Origin: Gammaproteobacteria bacterium
GTDB taxonomy: Bacteria; Pseudomonadota; Gammaproteobacteria; UBA4575
Length of the DNA: 64,000 nucleotides
Assembly (NCBI GenBank): GCA_965222615.1
Contig: CBDCUI010000009.1
Location: 480,001-544,000, forward strand
Reading direction: 5' to 3'
Shown here: in pieces, positions 30,297 to 40,418 of the stretch
How the letters are laid out: each line of letters opens with the position of its first letter
How positions within the stretch are numbered: position 1 is the first letter of the stretch
Position numbers and translations under genes: made by a program
The notes under the pieces: model-generated
What the model saw: only the letters and a program-made list of their open reading frames with translations
Database searches by the model: none
Told to the model about the DNA's origin: nothing

Positions 30297-30875
30297 ATGC
30301 CGTTTATACGGGAATGTATCGTAACTACCATCCGTGATGACAAAAGCATCCATATCGCACCCATGGGCATCCATGAGGATGGCAAACAACTCATTATTTT
30401 GCCTTTCAAGCCCTCTGCGACCTTAGACAACTTGGAAAGAGATGGCACCGCGACACTCAACTATACGGATGATATCCGAGTGTATGCAGGCTGCATTACT
30501 GGCCGGCGTGACTGGCCTACCTGCCCCACTGAAGTTATTCAAGGTGCCCGTTTAAAAAACTGTTTAGCTCACATAGAGTTAGAAGTTATAGATAAAGTGG
30601 AAGATGAAGTACGCCCTAAATATATTTGTAAAACAGTACATGAAGTCACTCATCAGCCATTTCATGGTTATAATCGTGCTCAATTTGCGGTTCTTGAACT
30701 TGCAATTTTATCCAGTCGCTTACATATGTTACCGCAGGAAAAAATCCAGCATGAGATTGAATATTTAAGCATTGGCTATGAAAAAACCTCTGGACCCCGC
30801 GAACAAGAAGCCTGGAACTGGCTAATGGAGAAAATTGATACATTTATGCAAACACAACAGGAAAAACAAACATGA
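30297..30875 (+). CDS. Orf19, DUF447 family protein (H4MPT cluster)
   Basis: IRECIVTT, HIAPMGI, PFKPSATLDNL, NRAQFAVLELAILSSRL; GGAGG RBS before ATG 30297. Confidence 0.85.
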   Translation: MPFIRECIVTTIRDDKSIHIAPMGIHEDGKQLIILPFKPSATLDNLERDGTATLNYTDDIRVYAGCITGRRDWPTCPTEVIQGARLKNCLAHIELEVIDKVEDEVRPKYICKTVHEVTHQPFHGYNRAQFAVLELAILSSRLHMLPQEKIQHEIEYLSIGYEKTSGPREQEAWNWLMEKIDTFMQTQQEKQT

Positions 30876-31579
30876 CAGGAATGCTTGCAAGTGTACGCAA
30901 CCTTCAAGAAGCCAATATTGTTTATCAAGGTGGCGCAGATATTATTGATCTTAAAGAACCTATGCATGGCGCACTTGGAGCAGTGCCATTAAATGTACTC
31001 CATTACGTCGTTGATGAGCTTTGGGAAAAATGTGTGATTAGTGCCACAGTAGGTGATTTACCTGCAGACGCTGTAGCAATTGAAGAAAAAGTTATGCAAA
31101 CCGCAGAAACAGGAGTCGATTACGTAAAAGTTGGCATGTTCAGTGAGCGCCACATTGAAAATTGCTTGCCAAATTTAGTGCATTGCGCAAATCGGGGGAT
31201 TGCAATTATTGCCGTGTTTTTTGCTGATATGGACTTTGACATTGACCATGCTATTCACTTAGCTAAACAAGCGCATCTCAAGGGAGTGATGCTTGACACT
31301 GCTCACAAAAAATCTGGCAATTTGCTACAACATAAAAACATTTTGCAGCTTGAATATTTTGTAAATCGAGCAAAACAGAACGGCCTACTGACTGGGTTGG
31401 CCGGATCATTAACAATAGAAGATATATCCACTTTAATGAAAGCCATGCCAGATTACATTGGATTTCGAACAGCGCTCTGTGCAAGCAAAAAAAGAACCAA
31501 CCATCTGGATATCGAAGCAATTAAACAAGTGAGAAATAGCATCCCCTACCAAGAAGAAGTAATAATGAAACTTGCGTAA
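30872..31579 (+). CDS. mfnB: Orf22, (5-formylfuran-3-yl)methyl phosphate synthase (DUF556)
   Basis: MLASV, ADIIDLKEPxxGALGA, SATVGDLP, DYVKVG, MLDTAHK, GLAGSL, DYIGFR. Confidence 0.9.
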   Translation: MTGMLASVRNLQEANIVYQGGADIIDLKEPMHGALGAVPLNVLHYVVDELWEKCVISATVGDLPADAVAIEEKVMQTAETGVDYVKVGMFSERHIENCLPNLVHCANRGIAIIAVFFADMDFDIDHAIHLAKQAHLKGVMLDTAHKKSGNLLQHKNILQLEYFVNRAKQNGLLTGLAGSLTIEDISTLMKAMPDYIGFRTALCASKKRTNHLDIEAIKQVRNSIPYQEEVIMKLA

Positions 31580-31642
31580 CCGAACAAGCATCAGCTTCAT
31601 CGGTTTTTTTCATTTTTGCTACATACACAAAATGGGGGCAGC

Positions 31643-32047
31643 ATGGCAGAAAATTTATATAACCCACCACGATCTGATGTATCTACGTTAACACAATCAG
31701 GAAATAAATTATCTCTCTTACAAATTTATTTTTCTCTTCAAGGACGTGTAAACCGAAAAACTTATTGGCTGCTTCTAATTCTGCCAATGTTTATGTTGGG
31801 TTTTATCTCGGCGATATTAGTGCCATATTTCCCTGACTATTATTGGATAGATTCATTAATTACATTGCTTGTCCTATGGCCTAACATTGCCGTACAAGTA
31901 AAAAGATGGCACGACCGGGATAAATCTGGATGGTGGGTTCTAATTGGGTTAATTCCAATCGTTGGATTCATTTGGGCTTTGATTGAAAATGGTTTCCTGG
32001 CGGGAGACCCAAGTTGGAATCAGTACGGCGAGCCACAAGACTTCTAG
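31643..32047 (+). CDS. DUF805 domain membrane protein
   Basis: FSLQGRVNRKTYW, VKRWHDRDKSGWW, NQYG. Confidence 0.88.
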   Translation: MAENLYNPPRSDVSTLTQSGNKLSLLQIYFSLQGRVNRKTYWLLLILPMFMLGFISAILVPYFPDYYWIDSLITLLVLWPNIAVQVKRWHDRDKSGWWVLIGLIPIVGFIWALIENGFLAGDPSWNQYGEPQDF

Positions 32048-32081
32048 TAACTCATAAAATTTCTTCTATAATATTAATTAT

Positions 32082-32342
32082 ATGAAGAAACTCAAAAATG
32101 AAGCCGAGTTAGTCAAAAAAGCGATTCGTGTTGGCATGATTTACGCCGAAAAACGCGGCGTGGTTAAATTTGAAGCAAATGATTCTGCAAACGACAAAAT
32201 TGAATATCTTTATCGACTATTAGTACATGACAAATTGATTCAGCCTCTAGCTAAAGATCAGCTAAGCCTTCCCAACATGAAACATAAACTGGCTATTTGG
32301 GTATCTCGTCAGCTTCCCAAGGATCACCCTTTGTTACAATAG
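32082..32342 (+). CDS. DUF5062 family protein
   Basis: MKKLKNEAELVKKA...YRLLVHDKLIQPL...KHKLAIW. Confidence 0.75.
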   Translation: MKKLKNEAELVKKAIRVGMIYAEKRGVVKFEANDSANDKIEYLYRLLVHDKLIQPLAKDQLSLPNMKHKLAIWVSRQLPKDHPLLQ

Positions 32343-32369
32343 GAGAAAATTCAGCACATAAGCACAGTC

Positions 32370-33755
32370 ATGGCAAAAACTGGAGCCGAAGTTTCAATTA
32401 ATTCAACTTCACAAACAAGAACTTGGTTTCTAAGGTTTTGGCATCGTTTTTGCCGATTAGTCGTTCGCATTTTTTACCGTGAATTTGAAATAACTGGAAC
32501 AGAGTTAATCCCCGATCGTGCCGGACTACTTTTATGCGCCAATCACGTAAATGCACTAGTTGACGTAGTCGTATTACAAGCATCTACTGATAAAGATATT
32601 CGTCCGCTTGCACGTAGCGGCCTTTTCTTAAATCCCCTTCTCAGACCAATCCTGAATATGATTGGCGCTGTACCTATTTACCGCCGCAATGACCCTGGGA
32701 GTGACACCCGGCAAAATGAAGACTCATTTTCTCGATGCTATGAATTACTAAATCAAAACGAAACCATTATTATTTTCCCTGAAGGTCAAAGTCACTCAGA
32801 TCCTCATATAAATAAATTGAAGACTGGTGCTGCACGTATTGCTCTTGGTGCTTTGCAACAAAATGGTACTTCGCCTGTAGTTTTACCAGTAGGACTAACC
32901 TTTTCACGTAAAGGTAAGTTTCGCAGTGATGTATTAGTCCAGTATGGCACAGTTATAGATCTTGATACTCCAAACACATTAAATTTATTTGAAAAAGTAG
33001 AACTTATTACAGATCGAATTAAACAAGAACTTGCCAAAGTCACTCTTAATGCAGATTCATGGGAAGATTTATATTTAATTACTCGGCTAGAAAAATTCTT
33101 TGCCCTTAGACATGGAAAATATAGAAAAGGACAATTAAAACAACGCTTTCACGCCCTACAACGCCTCATTGAAGCTCAACGCATATTGAGAATCTATGAG
33201 CCCGATAAAGTACGCTCTTTGATTGTGCAATTGCGAGGTTTCGAACGTTTATGTAAATGTTGCGGGATAAGAGACTATCATTTAACGATAAATTATAAAC
33301 CTTTACTAATTGCTATATATATTGCACGGATAGTTACCCTATTATTTATTGGCTTGCCGATTGCAATATGGGGAATAATTAACAACTTTATCCCTTATCA
33401 ATTAACACGCGATGCATCCCGTCGCATTGCAAAAGGACCAGATCAATACGATACGGCAAGTGTATCGTTTGGTATGCTTTTCTTTTTAATATTTTGGTCT
33501 GCACAAACATATATTATTTATCGTTATTTCGGTCTGACTTGGTCTTCAATCTATCTAGCAAGCATAATTATAAGCGCACCTTTTGCACTTAAGATGCGTA
33601 AGGAATACCATATTATTATCGATAATATAAAAATATTCTTTTTGTTTATGCGAAAGAAACAACTCAGAGAATATTTAGAAACAAAACGAAGTGAGATCGA
33701 AGTTGAACTTGCAAAAATGATACGAATAGTAAAAAGACTACCTAAAATAGAATAA
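32370..33755 (+). CDS. PlsC-family glycerolipid acyltransferase with C-terminal TM helices
   Basis: NHVNALVD (HX4D), FPEG, KTGAARIAL. Confidence 0.88.
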   Translation: MAKTGAEVSINSTSQTRTWFLRFWHRFCRLVVRIFYREFEITGTELIPDRAGLLLCANHVNALVDVVVLQASTDKDIRPLARSGLFLNPLLRPILNMIGAVPIYRRNDPGSDTRQNEDSFSRCYELLNQNETIIIFPEGQSHSDPHINKLKTGAARIALGALQQNGTSPVVLPVGLTFSRKGKFRSDVLVQYGTVIDLDTPNTLNLFEKVELITDRIKQELAKVTLNADSWEDLYLITRLEKFFALRHGKYRKGQLKQRFHALQRLIEAQRILRIYEPDKVRSLIVQLRGFERLCKCCGIRDYHLTINYKPLLIAIYIARIVTLLFIGLPIAIWGIINNFIPYQLTRDASRRIAKGPDQYDTASVSFGMLFFLIFWSAQTYIIYRYFGLTWSSIYLASIIISAPFALKMRKEYHIIIDNIKIFFLFMRKKQLREYLETKRSEIEVELAKMIRIVKRLPKIE

Positions 33756-33767
33756 ATTTTTTGTTAG

Positions 33768-35435
33768 TTAGTGTTGTGGTTTCCAAGCTCTAATTAGTAT
33801 ATTTTCAAGATTTATATTTTTCGGTAATGTACCAAAGGTGTAACCCCAATCATTATTTAAACGAGTTGTACAAAAACTATCTGAAACTACATCTGGTGAA
33901 AATTGAAGCAACAGAGCCGCTTGTAATGTAATTGCCATCAATTCAGTTAGGCGCCGTGCCGAAATCTCTAAGCTAGCTTTATCCACAACTATTTTTTTAA
34001 TATCTTGAACAGCTACGTCTAAGTATTTATTTTCTCCTTGGGCTTTATTAATCTCTTCAATAAAAATATCTATTACTTCAGGATGTTTGGCAATTGTGCG
34101 TAAAACATCCAAACAAATTACATTCCCGCTACCTTCCCAAATGCTGTTCAGGGGTGCTTCACGATATAACCTAGGCATAATAGATTCTTCAACATATCCA
34201 TTTCCCCCATGCACTTCTAAAGCTTCATAGATGAAATTTGGGGCACGTTTATTAAGCCAATATTTAGATATAGCAACTATAAGTCTAGCTAATATTTTTG
34301 CGGCTGGGTCATCACTCGAGTCATCGAATGCTCGAGCAACTCGCATTAAAAGAATCGTTGCAGCTTCAGATTCAATCGCTAGATCTGCTAAAACCATTCT
34401 CATAAGCGGCTGCTGTATAAGTAGCTTTCCAAATACCTTTCTATTTGACGCATGATGCAAGGATTGGATTAGCGCATGGCGCATTAAGGCAGCTGGAGCC
34501 ATAGATGCATCTAAGCGAGTATGATGGACCATTTCTATAATACTGTTGATGCCACTACCTTCTTCACCAATCAACTCTGCATAGGCTTGATGATATTCAA
34601 TTTCCGATGAAGCATTTGAACGATTACCTAATTTGTCTTTTAAACGCTGTATATATATAGAATTCCTTGTGCCATCTGGTCGCCAGCGTGGAACCAAAAA
34701 ACAACTTAGACCATTTTTAGTATAAGCAAGTGTCAAAAAAGCATCGCTCATAGGCGCTGAACAAAACCATTTATGACCCACTAGCTCAAATGCTTCTGCT
34801 GAGCCTTCGCTTTTTAAAGGAGTAGCTTTCGAAGTGTTTGCACGTACATCACTTCCGCCTTGCTTTTCTGTCATTGCCATACCAATAGTAAGCCCATGCT
34901 TTGCATCAGCTGGGATAAAGCGTGAGTCATATTGATTCGTTAGAATTTTAGGCTCCCACTTCTTGACAATTTCGGGTTGTCGTCGTAATACAGGAATGGC
35001 GGCATAGGTCATTGTTATGGGACAACATGCGCCTTGTTCAATTTGCCCAAACAAAAATTCTAATGCGCTATGTGCAACATGTCCGCCTTTGTCGGAAGTC
35101 CAGGCTACGCTGTGAATTTCATTTTCTATCGCTAGTTTCATCAACTCGTGATATGAAGGATGGTAATAAACTTCATCTATACGATGACCGTAACGATCAA
35201 AGGCTCGAAGTTCAGGCAGGTGCCGATTTGCTTCAAAAGCAAGATTTATAAAATACTCACTGCCAATAACTCCTCCAAATTTATGTGTTCGATTATTAGC
35301 CCAATCGGCGCCTTCTCGTGACAATGCTTCTTTTAGAACAATATCGGAGTCATAAAGGTTGATGTTGATTAAAGGTGGAGGTTGGTTCACCACATCATGT
35401 GCTGTTATTTGCATAGTATTTGTCCAGTCATACAT
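33768..35435 (-). CDS. aidB: AidB-like acyl-CoA dehydrogenase
   Basis: VVNQPPPL, CPITMTYA, GMAMTEKQGGSDV, GHKWFCSAP, KDKLGNRSNASSEIE, EAPLNSIWEGSGNV. Confidence 0.85.
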   Translation of the reverse strand: MYDWTNTMQITAHDVVNQPPPLININLYDSDIVLKEALSREGADWANNRTHKFGGVIGSEYFINLAFEANRHLPELRAFDRYGHRIDEVYYHPSYHELMKLAIENEIHSVAWTSDKGGHVAHSALEFLFGQIEQGACCPITMTYAAIPVLRRQPEIVKKWEPKILTNQYDSRFIPADAKHGLTIGMAMTEKQGGSDVRANTSKATPLKSEGSAEAFELVGHKWFCSAPMSDAFLTLAYTKNGLSCFLVPRWRPDGTRNSIYIQRLKDKLGNRSNASSEIEYHQAYAELIGEEGSGINSIIEMVHHTRLDASMAPAALMRHALIQSLHHASNRKVFGKLLIQQPLMRMVLADLAIESEAATILLMRVARAFDDSSDDPAAKILARLIVAISKYWLNKRAPNFIYEALEVHGGNGYVEESIMPRLYREAPLNSIWEGSGNVICLDVLRTIAKHPEVIDIFIEEINKAQGENKYLDVAVQDIKKIVVDKASLEISARRLTELMAITLQAALLLQFSPDVVSDSFCTTRLNNDWGYTFGTLPKNINLENILIRAWKPQH

Positions 35436-35578
35436 AGAGCCGTATTCAATGATTTCATATTTTAATTACAACAACGGCTGTATTTTACAAATCAAGATAA
35501 ACTACATTATAAAGCCTTTTTGAATGGTCCCTCTTTATAGGTTTATTTGCTTATAATAAGTTATCATGTATATGTTTA

Positions 35579-36355
35579 ATGAAAAAAATTAATATGAACA
35601 ACAGATACTTTGTTCTTGGGGTTTTTATAGCTATATTTTCAAATCTTGCATTTGCAGAAGGAAAAGAAACCATCACTTTCCCTGCAAAGGATGGTATAGA
35701 AATTACTGCTGATGAATATATTAAATATGAAGGTAAAAGCACACCGTTGATTGTCTTGTTTCATCAAGCTGGCTGGAGTCGAGGGGAATATCTCGAAATC
35801 GCACCAAAATTAAACGATTTAGGCTTTAATTGCATAGCGGTTGATTTACGTGCCGGTGAACTTATTAATGGCGTTGAAAATGAGACTGCAATTAATGCAA
35901 AAGAAGCTAATAAAAAAACCCGTTATATCGATGCATTAGAAGATATGATTGCAGCCCTGCATTTTGTAAGAACAAAATATAGTCCAGACAAAGTGATTGC
36001 TTGGGGTAGTTCTTATTCTGCTGCACTTGTGCTACATATCGCTGGAGAATACCCTAAACTAATTGATGGAGCCTTATCTTTCGCACCAGGTGAGTATTTT
36101 GCTAATCAGGGAAAAACCAACTCTTGGATTGAAGAAAGTGCAGCCAACATTGAAGTACCTGTGTTTATCACTTCTGCGCGTAATGAAAATAATAATTGGT
36201 CTAATATTTTTGAAGCAATAAAATCGAGGCATAAGATCTCTTTCATTCCGTCGTCCAAAGGCAACCATGGATCAAGGGCGCTTTGGGACCAGTTTGAAGA
36301 CAGTGCCGATTATTGGGAGGCAGTAAATAGTTTCTTAGCAAGCAATTTTCATTAA
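35579..36355 (+). CDS. Secreted alpha/beta hydrolase
   Basis: Signal peptide (AFA), LFHQAG, WGSSYSA nucleophile elbow, GNHGS. Confidence 0.8.
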   Translation: MKKINMNNRYFVLGVFIAIFSNLAFAEGKETITFPAKDGIEITADEYIKYEGKSTPLIVLFHQAGWSRGEYLEIAPKLNDLGFNCIAVDLRAGELINGVENETAINAKEANKKTRYIDALEDMIAALHFVRTKYSPDKVIAWGSSYSAALVLHIAGEYPKLIDGALSFAPGEYFANQGKTNSWIEESAANIEVPVFITSARNENNNWSNIFEAIKSRHKISFIPSSKGNHGSRALWDQFEDSADYWEAVNSFLASNFH

Positions 36356-36426
36356 GCAACCATGAAAAATACAAACATCAATAATATATTGTCATCAACT
36401 ACCTGATACTAAGGAGTTTGATCACT

Positions 36427-36864
36427 ATGCAAACCGTTAAACAACTGTTAGAAACTAAAGGCAACGATATTTTAACAATCGACCCTAATAACACCGTATA
36501 TGATGCAATCAAATTGATGGCCGATCATCATGTAGGCTCTCTACTAGTAATGGAAAAAGACAAACTCGTAGGCATTATTACTGAACGAGATTATTCTAGA
36601 AATGTAATACTAAAAGGTAAATCGTCAAAAGAAACACCTGTTAAAGATATTATGATTTCCAATATACTATGTGTTCAACCAGAAAAAACGATTGAAGAAT
36701 GTATGGCATTGATGACCGAAAAACATGTCCGACATCTGCCTGTAATAGGAAGTGATAAGGTTATTGGTATTATTTCTATTGGAGATCTAGTCAAGGCTAT
36801 TATCTCTGAGCAAAAATTTATGATAGAGCAGCTAGAGCACTACATAAGTGGATTACCCACTTGA
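36427..36864 (+). CDS. CBS domain pair protein
   Basis: LVGIITERDY, RHLPV, GIISIGDLVK. Confidence 0.9.
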   Translation: MQTVKQLLETKGNDILTIDPNNTVYDAIKLMADHHVGSLLVMEKDKLVGIITERDYSRNVILKGKSSKETPVKDIMISNILCVQPEKTIEECMALMTEKHVRHLPVIGSDKVIGIISIGDLVKAIISEQKFMIEQLEHYISGLPT

Positions 36865-37433
36865 GAAAAGGCTTAGTGGCATCAGACTTATTAAGCGTTG
36901 AGAAAGTATTAGATTTTTGGTTTTCAGAACCAGTTAAAAAACATTGGTTTAGATCGACAAAAGAGCTAGACAAAGAGATTCGCATTAAATTTGAATCTGT
37001 TTGGCATCAAGCTGCGGCCAATCAATTAGATCATTGGAAACAATCACCCAAAAGCGCACTTGCTTTAATTATTATATTAGATCAGTTTCCTTTAAATATG
37101 TTTAGAAGCCAAGCAAAAAGCTTCTCCACCGAAAAAAACGCAATTGAAATTTCTCATCATGCTATTGCAAATAAATTCGACTCTAAATTGACACAAACTC
37201 AGTTGCCATTCTTATACATGCCACTCATGCACAGTGAAAATATTGATGATCAAAACCTATGTGTAGCCCTATTAGAAAATGCAGGTCTTGATAATAATCT
37301 AAGATTCGCTAAACATCATCGCAGTATCATTTTAAAATACGGCCGTTTTCCACACAGAAATAAAATTTTAAATAGAATCAGCACTAAAGATGAGCTTGAA
37401 TACTTAGCTTCTCCTCAAGCATTTAAAGGCTAA
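36861..37433 (+). CDS. DUF924 family protein
   Basis: VLDFWF, IILDQFPLNMFR, FLYMPLMHSE, GRFPHRN. Confidence 0.9.
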   Translation: MRKGLVASDLLSVEKVLDFWFSEPVKKHWFRSTKELDKEIRIKFESVWHQAAANQLDHWKQSPKSALALIIILDQFPLNMFRSQAKSFSTEKNAIEISHHAIANKFDSKLTQTQLPFLYMPLMHSENIDDQNLCVALLENAGLDNNLRFAKHHRSIILKYGRFPHRNKILNRISTKDELEYLASPQAFKG

Positions 37434-37441
37434 TTAGTATT

Positions 37442-38176
37442 GTGAAAAATAATATTTACAAGAACTATATTCTCGCAATATTAATCATAATATCTATACT
37501 TAGTTTCTTTTTTATTAAACCAATCCCACAAGACCTTACTTACCACTTATTTGCTGACACTAGAAAATTACTTGGTATTAATAATTTTTTTGATGTGTTA
37601 TCTAATCTACCTTTCTTCTTTGTTGGAATTATTGGGCTTAGTTACACACTATCAAATTGGATACCAAAAAGTTCATGGGCCTGGTTTATTCTTTTCAGTG
37701 CAATAGCATTAGTATCTGTCGGCTCAGCTTATTATCACTTTAATCCAAATAATCAGACATTAGTATGGGACCGTCTACCGATGGCAATCGTTTTTATGGC
37801 TTTGTTTGTTGTCGTAATCGGTGATTACATAGACACTAGGTTACAGTATTGGTTGTTAATCCCAATGTGTTTGTTGGGTGTATTTTCAGTAATTTATTGG
37901 AATATGACAGATGACCTTCGGTTATATGCGTGGGTCCAGTTTGTTTCGTTAGGGCTCATGTTAATCATAATGTTTATGTATCAGCCAAATAATTTTCAAA
38001 CAAAGTTTTTAATTTATGCGTTTGTATTTTACGCATTATCTAAATTAACAGAACATTTTGATATTGAAATATTCAACTATACTTCTGATATTTTAAGCGG
38101 TCATACCATTAAACATTTATTAGCAGCTGTAAGTACATTTTACTTTTACATTCTCATGAAAAACTGCAGAACTTAG
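37442..38176 (+). CDS. Alkaline phytoceramidase-like (CREST superfamily) membrane protein
   Basis: YHLFADTR, SNLPF, GSAYYH, WDRLPM, SGHTIKH; multiple TM helices. Confidence 0.78.
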   Translation: MKNNIYKNYILAILIIISILSFFFIKPIPQDLTYHLFADTRKLLGINNFFDVLSNLPFFFVGIIGLSYTLSNWIPKSSWAWFILFSAIALVSVGSAYYHFNPNNQTLVWDRLPMAIVFMALFVVVIGDYIDTRLQYWLLIPMCLLGVFSVIYWNMTDDLRLYAWVQFVSLGLMLIIMFMYQPNNFQTKFLIYAFVFYALSKLTEHFDIEIFNYTSDILSGHTIKHLLAAVSTFYFYILMKNCRT

Positions 38177-38238
38177 TTCATATTCTATGAATTCAGCTAG
38201 AATATAATAATAAGACTCCAAACAGACTATAGACCGTT

Positions 38239-39144
38239 ATGGAACACTCACATCAGCACCCCACCCCACGCAACTATACTCTAGCATTTGGTATAGGGAC
38301 TGCATTAAATGTTGTTTTTGTTATTGTTGAGGCCATTTTTGGTTTTTTATCTAATTCTTTAGCCTTAATAGCTGATGCTGGACATAATCTTGGTGATGTA
38401 CTAGCACTGTTATTGTCTTGGGGAGCAACCTATCTAGCACAACGCAAACCTACACGCACTAAGACTTATGGATTACGCAGAGGAACAATCCTTGCTGCCT
38501 TTATCAGTAGTTTGGCCTTACTTATGGCAATGAGTATTGTTGCTTGGGAAGCCATAGGACGTTTTACTAGTCCATCTGAAGTCGACTCGATGACCATTAT
38601 TATTGTTGCAGCCATAGGTGTATTGATAAACACTCTCACCGCGTTGATGTTTCTCACCAGTCAACGTGAAGACTTGAATATAAGAGCTGCATTTATTCAC
38701 ATGGCTGCTGATGCAGGTGTTTCTCTTGGAGTGGTTGCCGGTGGCATCATAATTTTAATCACAGGCATATTCTGGCTAGATCCTGTTATTAGTTTACTTA
38801 TTGTAATTGTAATCGTTATTAGTACTTGGGGAGTATTTAGAGACTCTTTCAATTTGGCAATGGATGGTGTACCTAAAGGAATAGAAATTGATGAAGTAAG
38901 AAATTTTATCTTACAACAAGATGGTATATGTGAAATTCACGATCTACATATTTGGGCCATGAGCACCACACAAGTTGCATTAACAACCCACCTTGTGCGT
39001 GATACATTAAAGCTAGATGATCAATTTGTACATAATCTTAGCAAGCAACTACAAGATAAGTTTGGAATTATTCACTCTACTATACAAATTGAATCAAGTG
39101 AGCAATCCCACTTATGTGACCAAGCACAGCACGATAGCGTTTGA
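38239..39144 (+). CDS. Cation diffusion facilitator transporter (CzcD/ZitB-like)
   Basis: SLALIADAGHNLGD, HMAAD, HDLHIW, HSTIQIE. Confidence 0.92.
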   Translation: MEHSHQHPTPRNYTLAFGIGTALNVVFVIVEAIFGFLSNSLALIADAGHNLGDVLALLLSWGATYLAQRKPTRTKTYGLRRGTILAAFISSLALLMAMSIVAWEAIGRFTSPSEVDSMTIIIVAAIGVLINTLTALMFLTSQREDLNIRAAFIHMAADAGVSLGVVAGGIIILITGIFWLDPVISLLIVIVIVISTWGVFRDSFNLAMDGVPKGIEIDEVRNFILQQDGICEIHDLHIWAMSTTQVALTTHLVRDTLKLDDQFVHNLSKQLQDKFGIIHSTIQIESSEQSHLCDQAQHDSV

Positions 39145-39171
39145 TTATTAATTTTAAATGAAAGCTTTGCT

Positions 39172-40262
39172 TTATGGCCTAATGTTTAATTCAGGTCTAT
39201 GCACAATTTTATTATCGAGGACCATTGTTAACCATTCTGCTCCTGTCATGCCATGATTAACTTTAGTGAGAGATTGATCTGACTGAGTAATGGTGTGATA
39301 AATACCACTTGGTAAGTATGTAGACCATGTTTTTCCTATGCGCTCATCTCTTAGTTTGTAAATTGCTTTACGATATATACTAAAACTGACGCCTTTACCA
39401 CCGCATTTTTTTGATTCTTTATTTAACAAGATCACGCCAGCGAGATCTGAATTTGCACTGATAAAACTAAAGTTACCTTGTGGATAGTTTTTGCTTAAAT
39501 AATTATACAGCGCAAGAACTCCTCCTTTACTGAAATCCTTACATTCCTCACAGTCTGGAGGGATCGATACTTTGAACAGCTGACTAAGTTGTTTTTGTAG
39601 ACAACCAATGTTTATTGTCTCACTTTCAACAATTGGAGCAGAATCAACTAATGCAGTAATTTTTTCCCAGGAAATGCATTCGCAACTTGGGAATAATTAT
39701 AAAGAACGCCAAAACCACCTGCGCTCGCACCAGCAAGTAAAATTTCATTTATACCTTTTGCATGTGATAATAAATGTTGCAAAGCAATATTTATATTCTT
39801 GTAACCAACGAAGTTTTGTTCTTTAACAACACCTTTCACCCGTGCACTTGGATTATTACCAGCATGTAGATCGCCCGTGCAATAAGGGATATAAACATGA
39901 TGCCAATCAGCCACAGGATTTTTTTTATTTTTTATATTAAACAGCCCTTTATTACCTAATGCCTTTTTCCATCCATGAAATTTATTTCCCTGAAACTCCT
40001 CTCCAGCAATACCTGCTTTTCTATTTTGTTCACAGGAGTCTTTATCGTGACAAAACCCTCCTCACTGTAAATAAATCATCAATTTATCTGATGTTTTATT
40101 TAGCCTAATACCAACCCCCGTTGAGGTACCATTTCTGCATTTCATGCTTGCAATGTCATACCATTTCCACTTATTAAAATCGTTTGCATGAACAACACTA
40201 CAAACAAAAAACAAAGCACAAAAAAGTATGTGCTTGATTAAAACTATTAGTCTAGTTCTCAA
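39172..40262 (-). pseudogene. Pectin acetylesterase / Notum-like secreted hydrolase, disrupted
   Basis: One gene in three ORF-track fragments: IYLQ*GGFC (TGA at 40062-40064 where YLQGGG is expected), IPYCTGDLH, LAGASAGGFG, then a frameshift at the A6 run 39660-39665 restoring ITALVDSAP...CEEC...YH. Confidence 0.82.
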
Positions 40263-40418
40263 TATAATTAAGCTTTATCTGGAAACATATAAATATACTT
40301 AAAATATTACGAACAGTTTGATAAAAAATGTTAAGTTCTCCCCATAAAAACGGTGCAAAACTTCAATTTTTCATAAATACGGCCAGATTAAACATGCTGT
40401 TATAGTAGTAAATCAGCC

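Noticed and set aside
40062-40064. In-frame TGA at a conserved Gly as evidence for UGA recoding (Gly, Trp or Sec)
   Set aside because: TGA ends normal genes here (orf20, orf19, orf7), prfB is intact with its UGA-sensing site, and the same gene has a second lesion.
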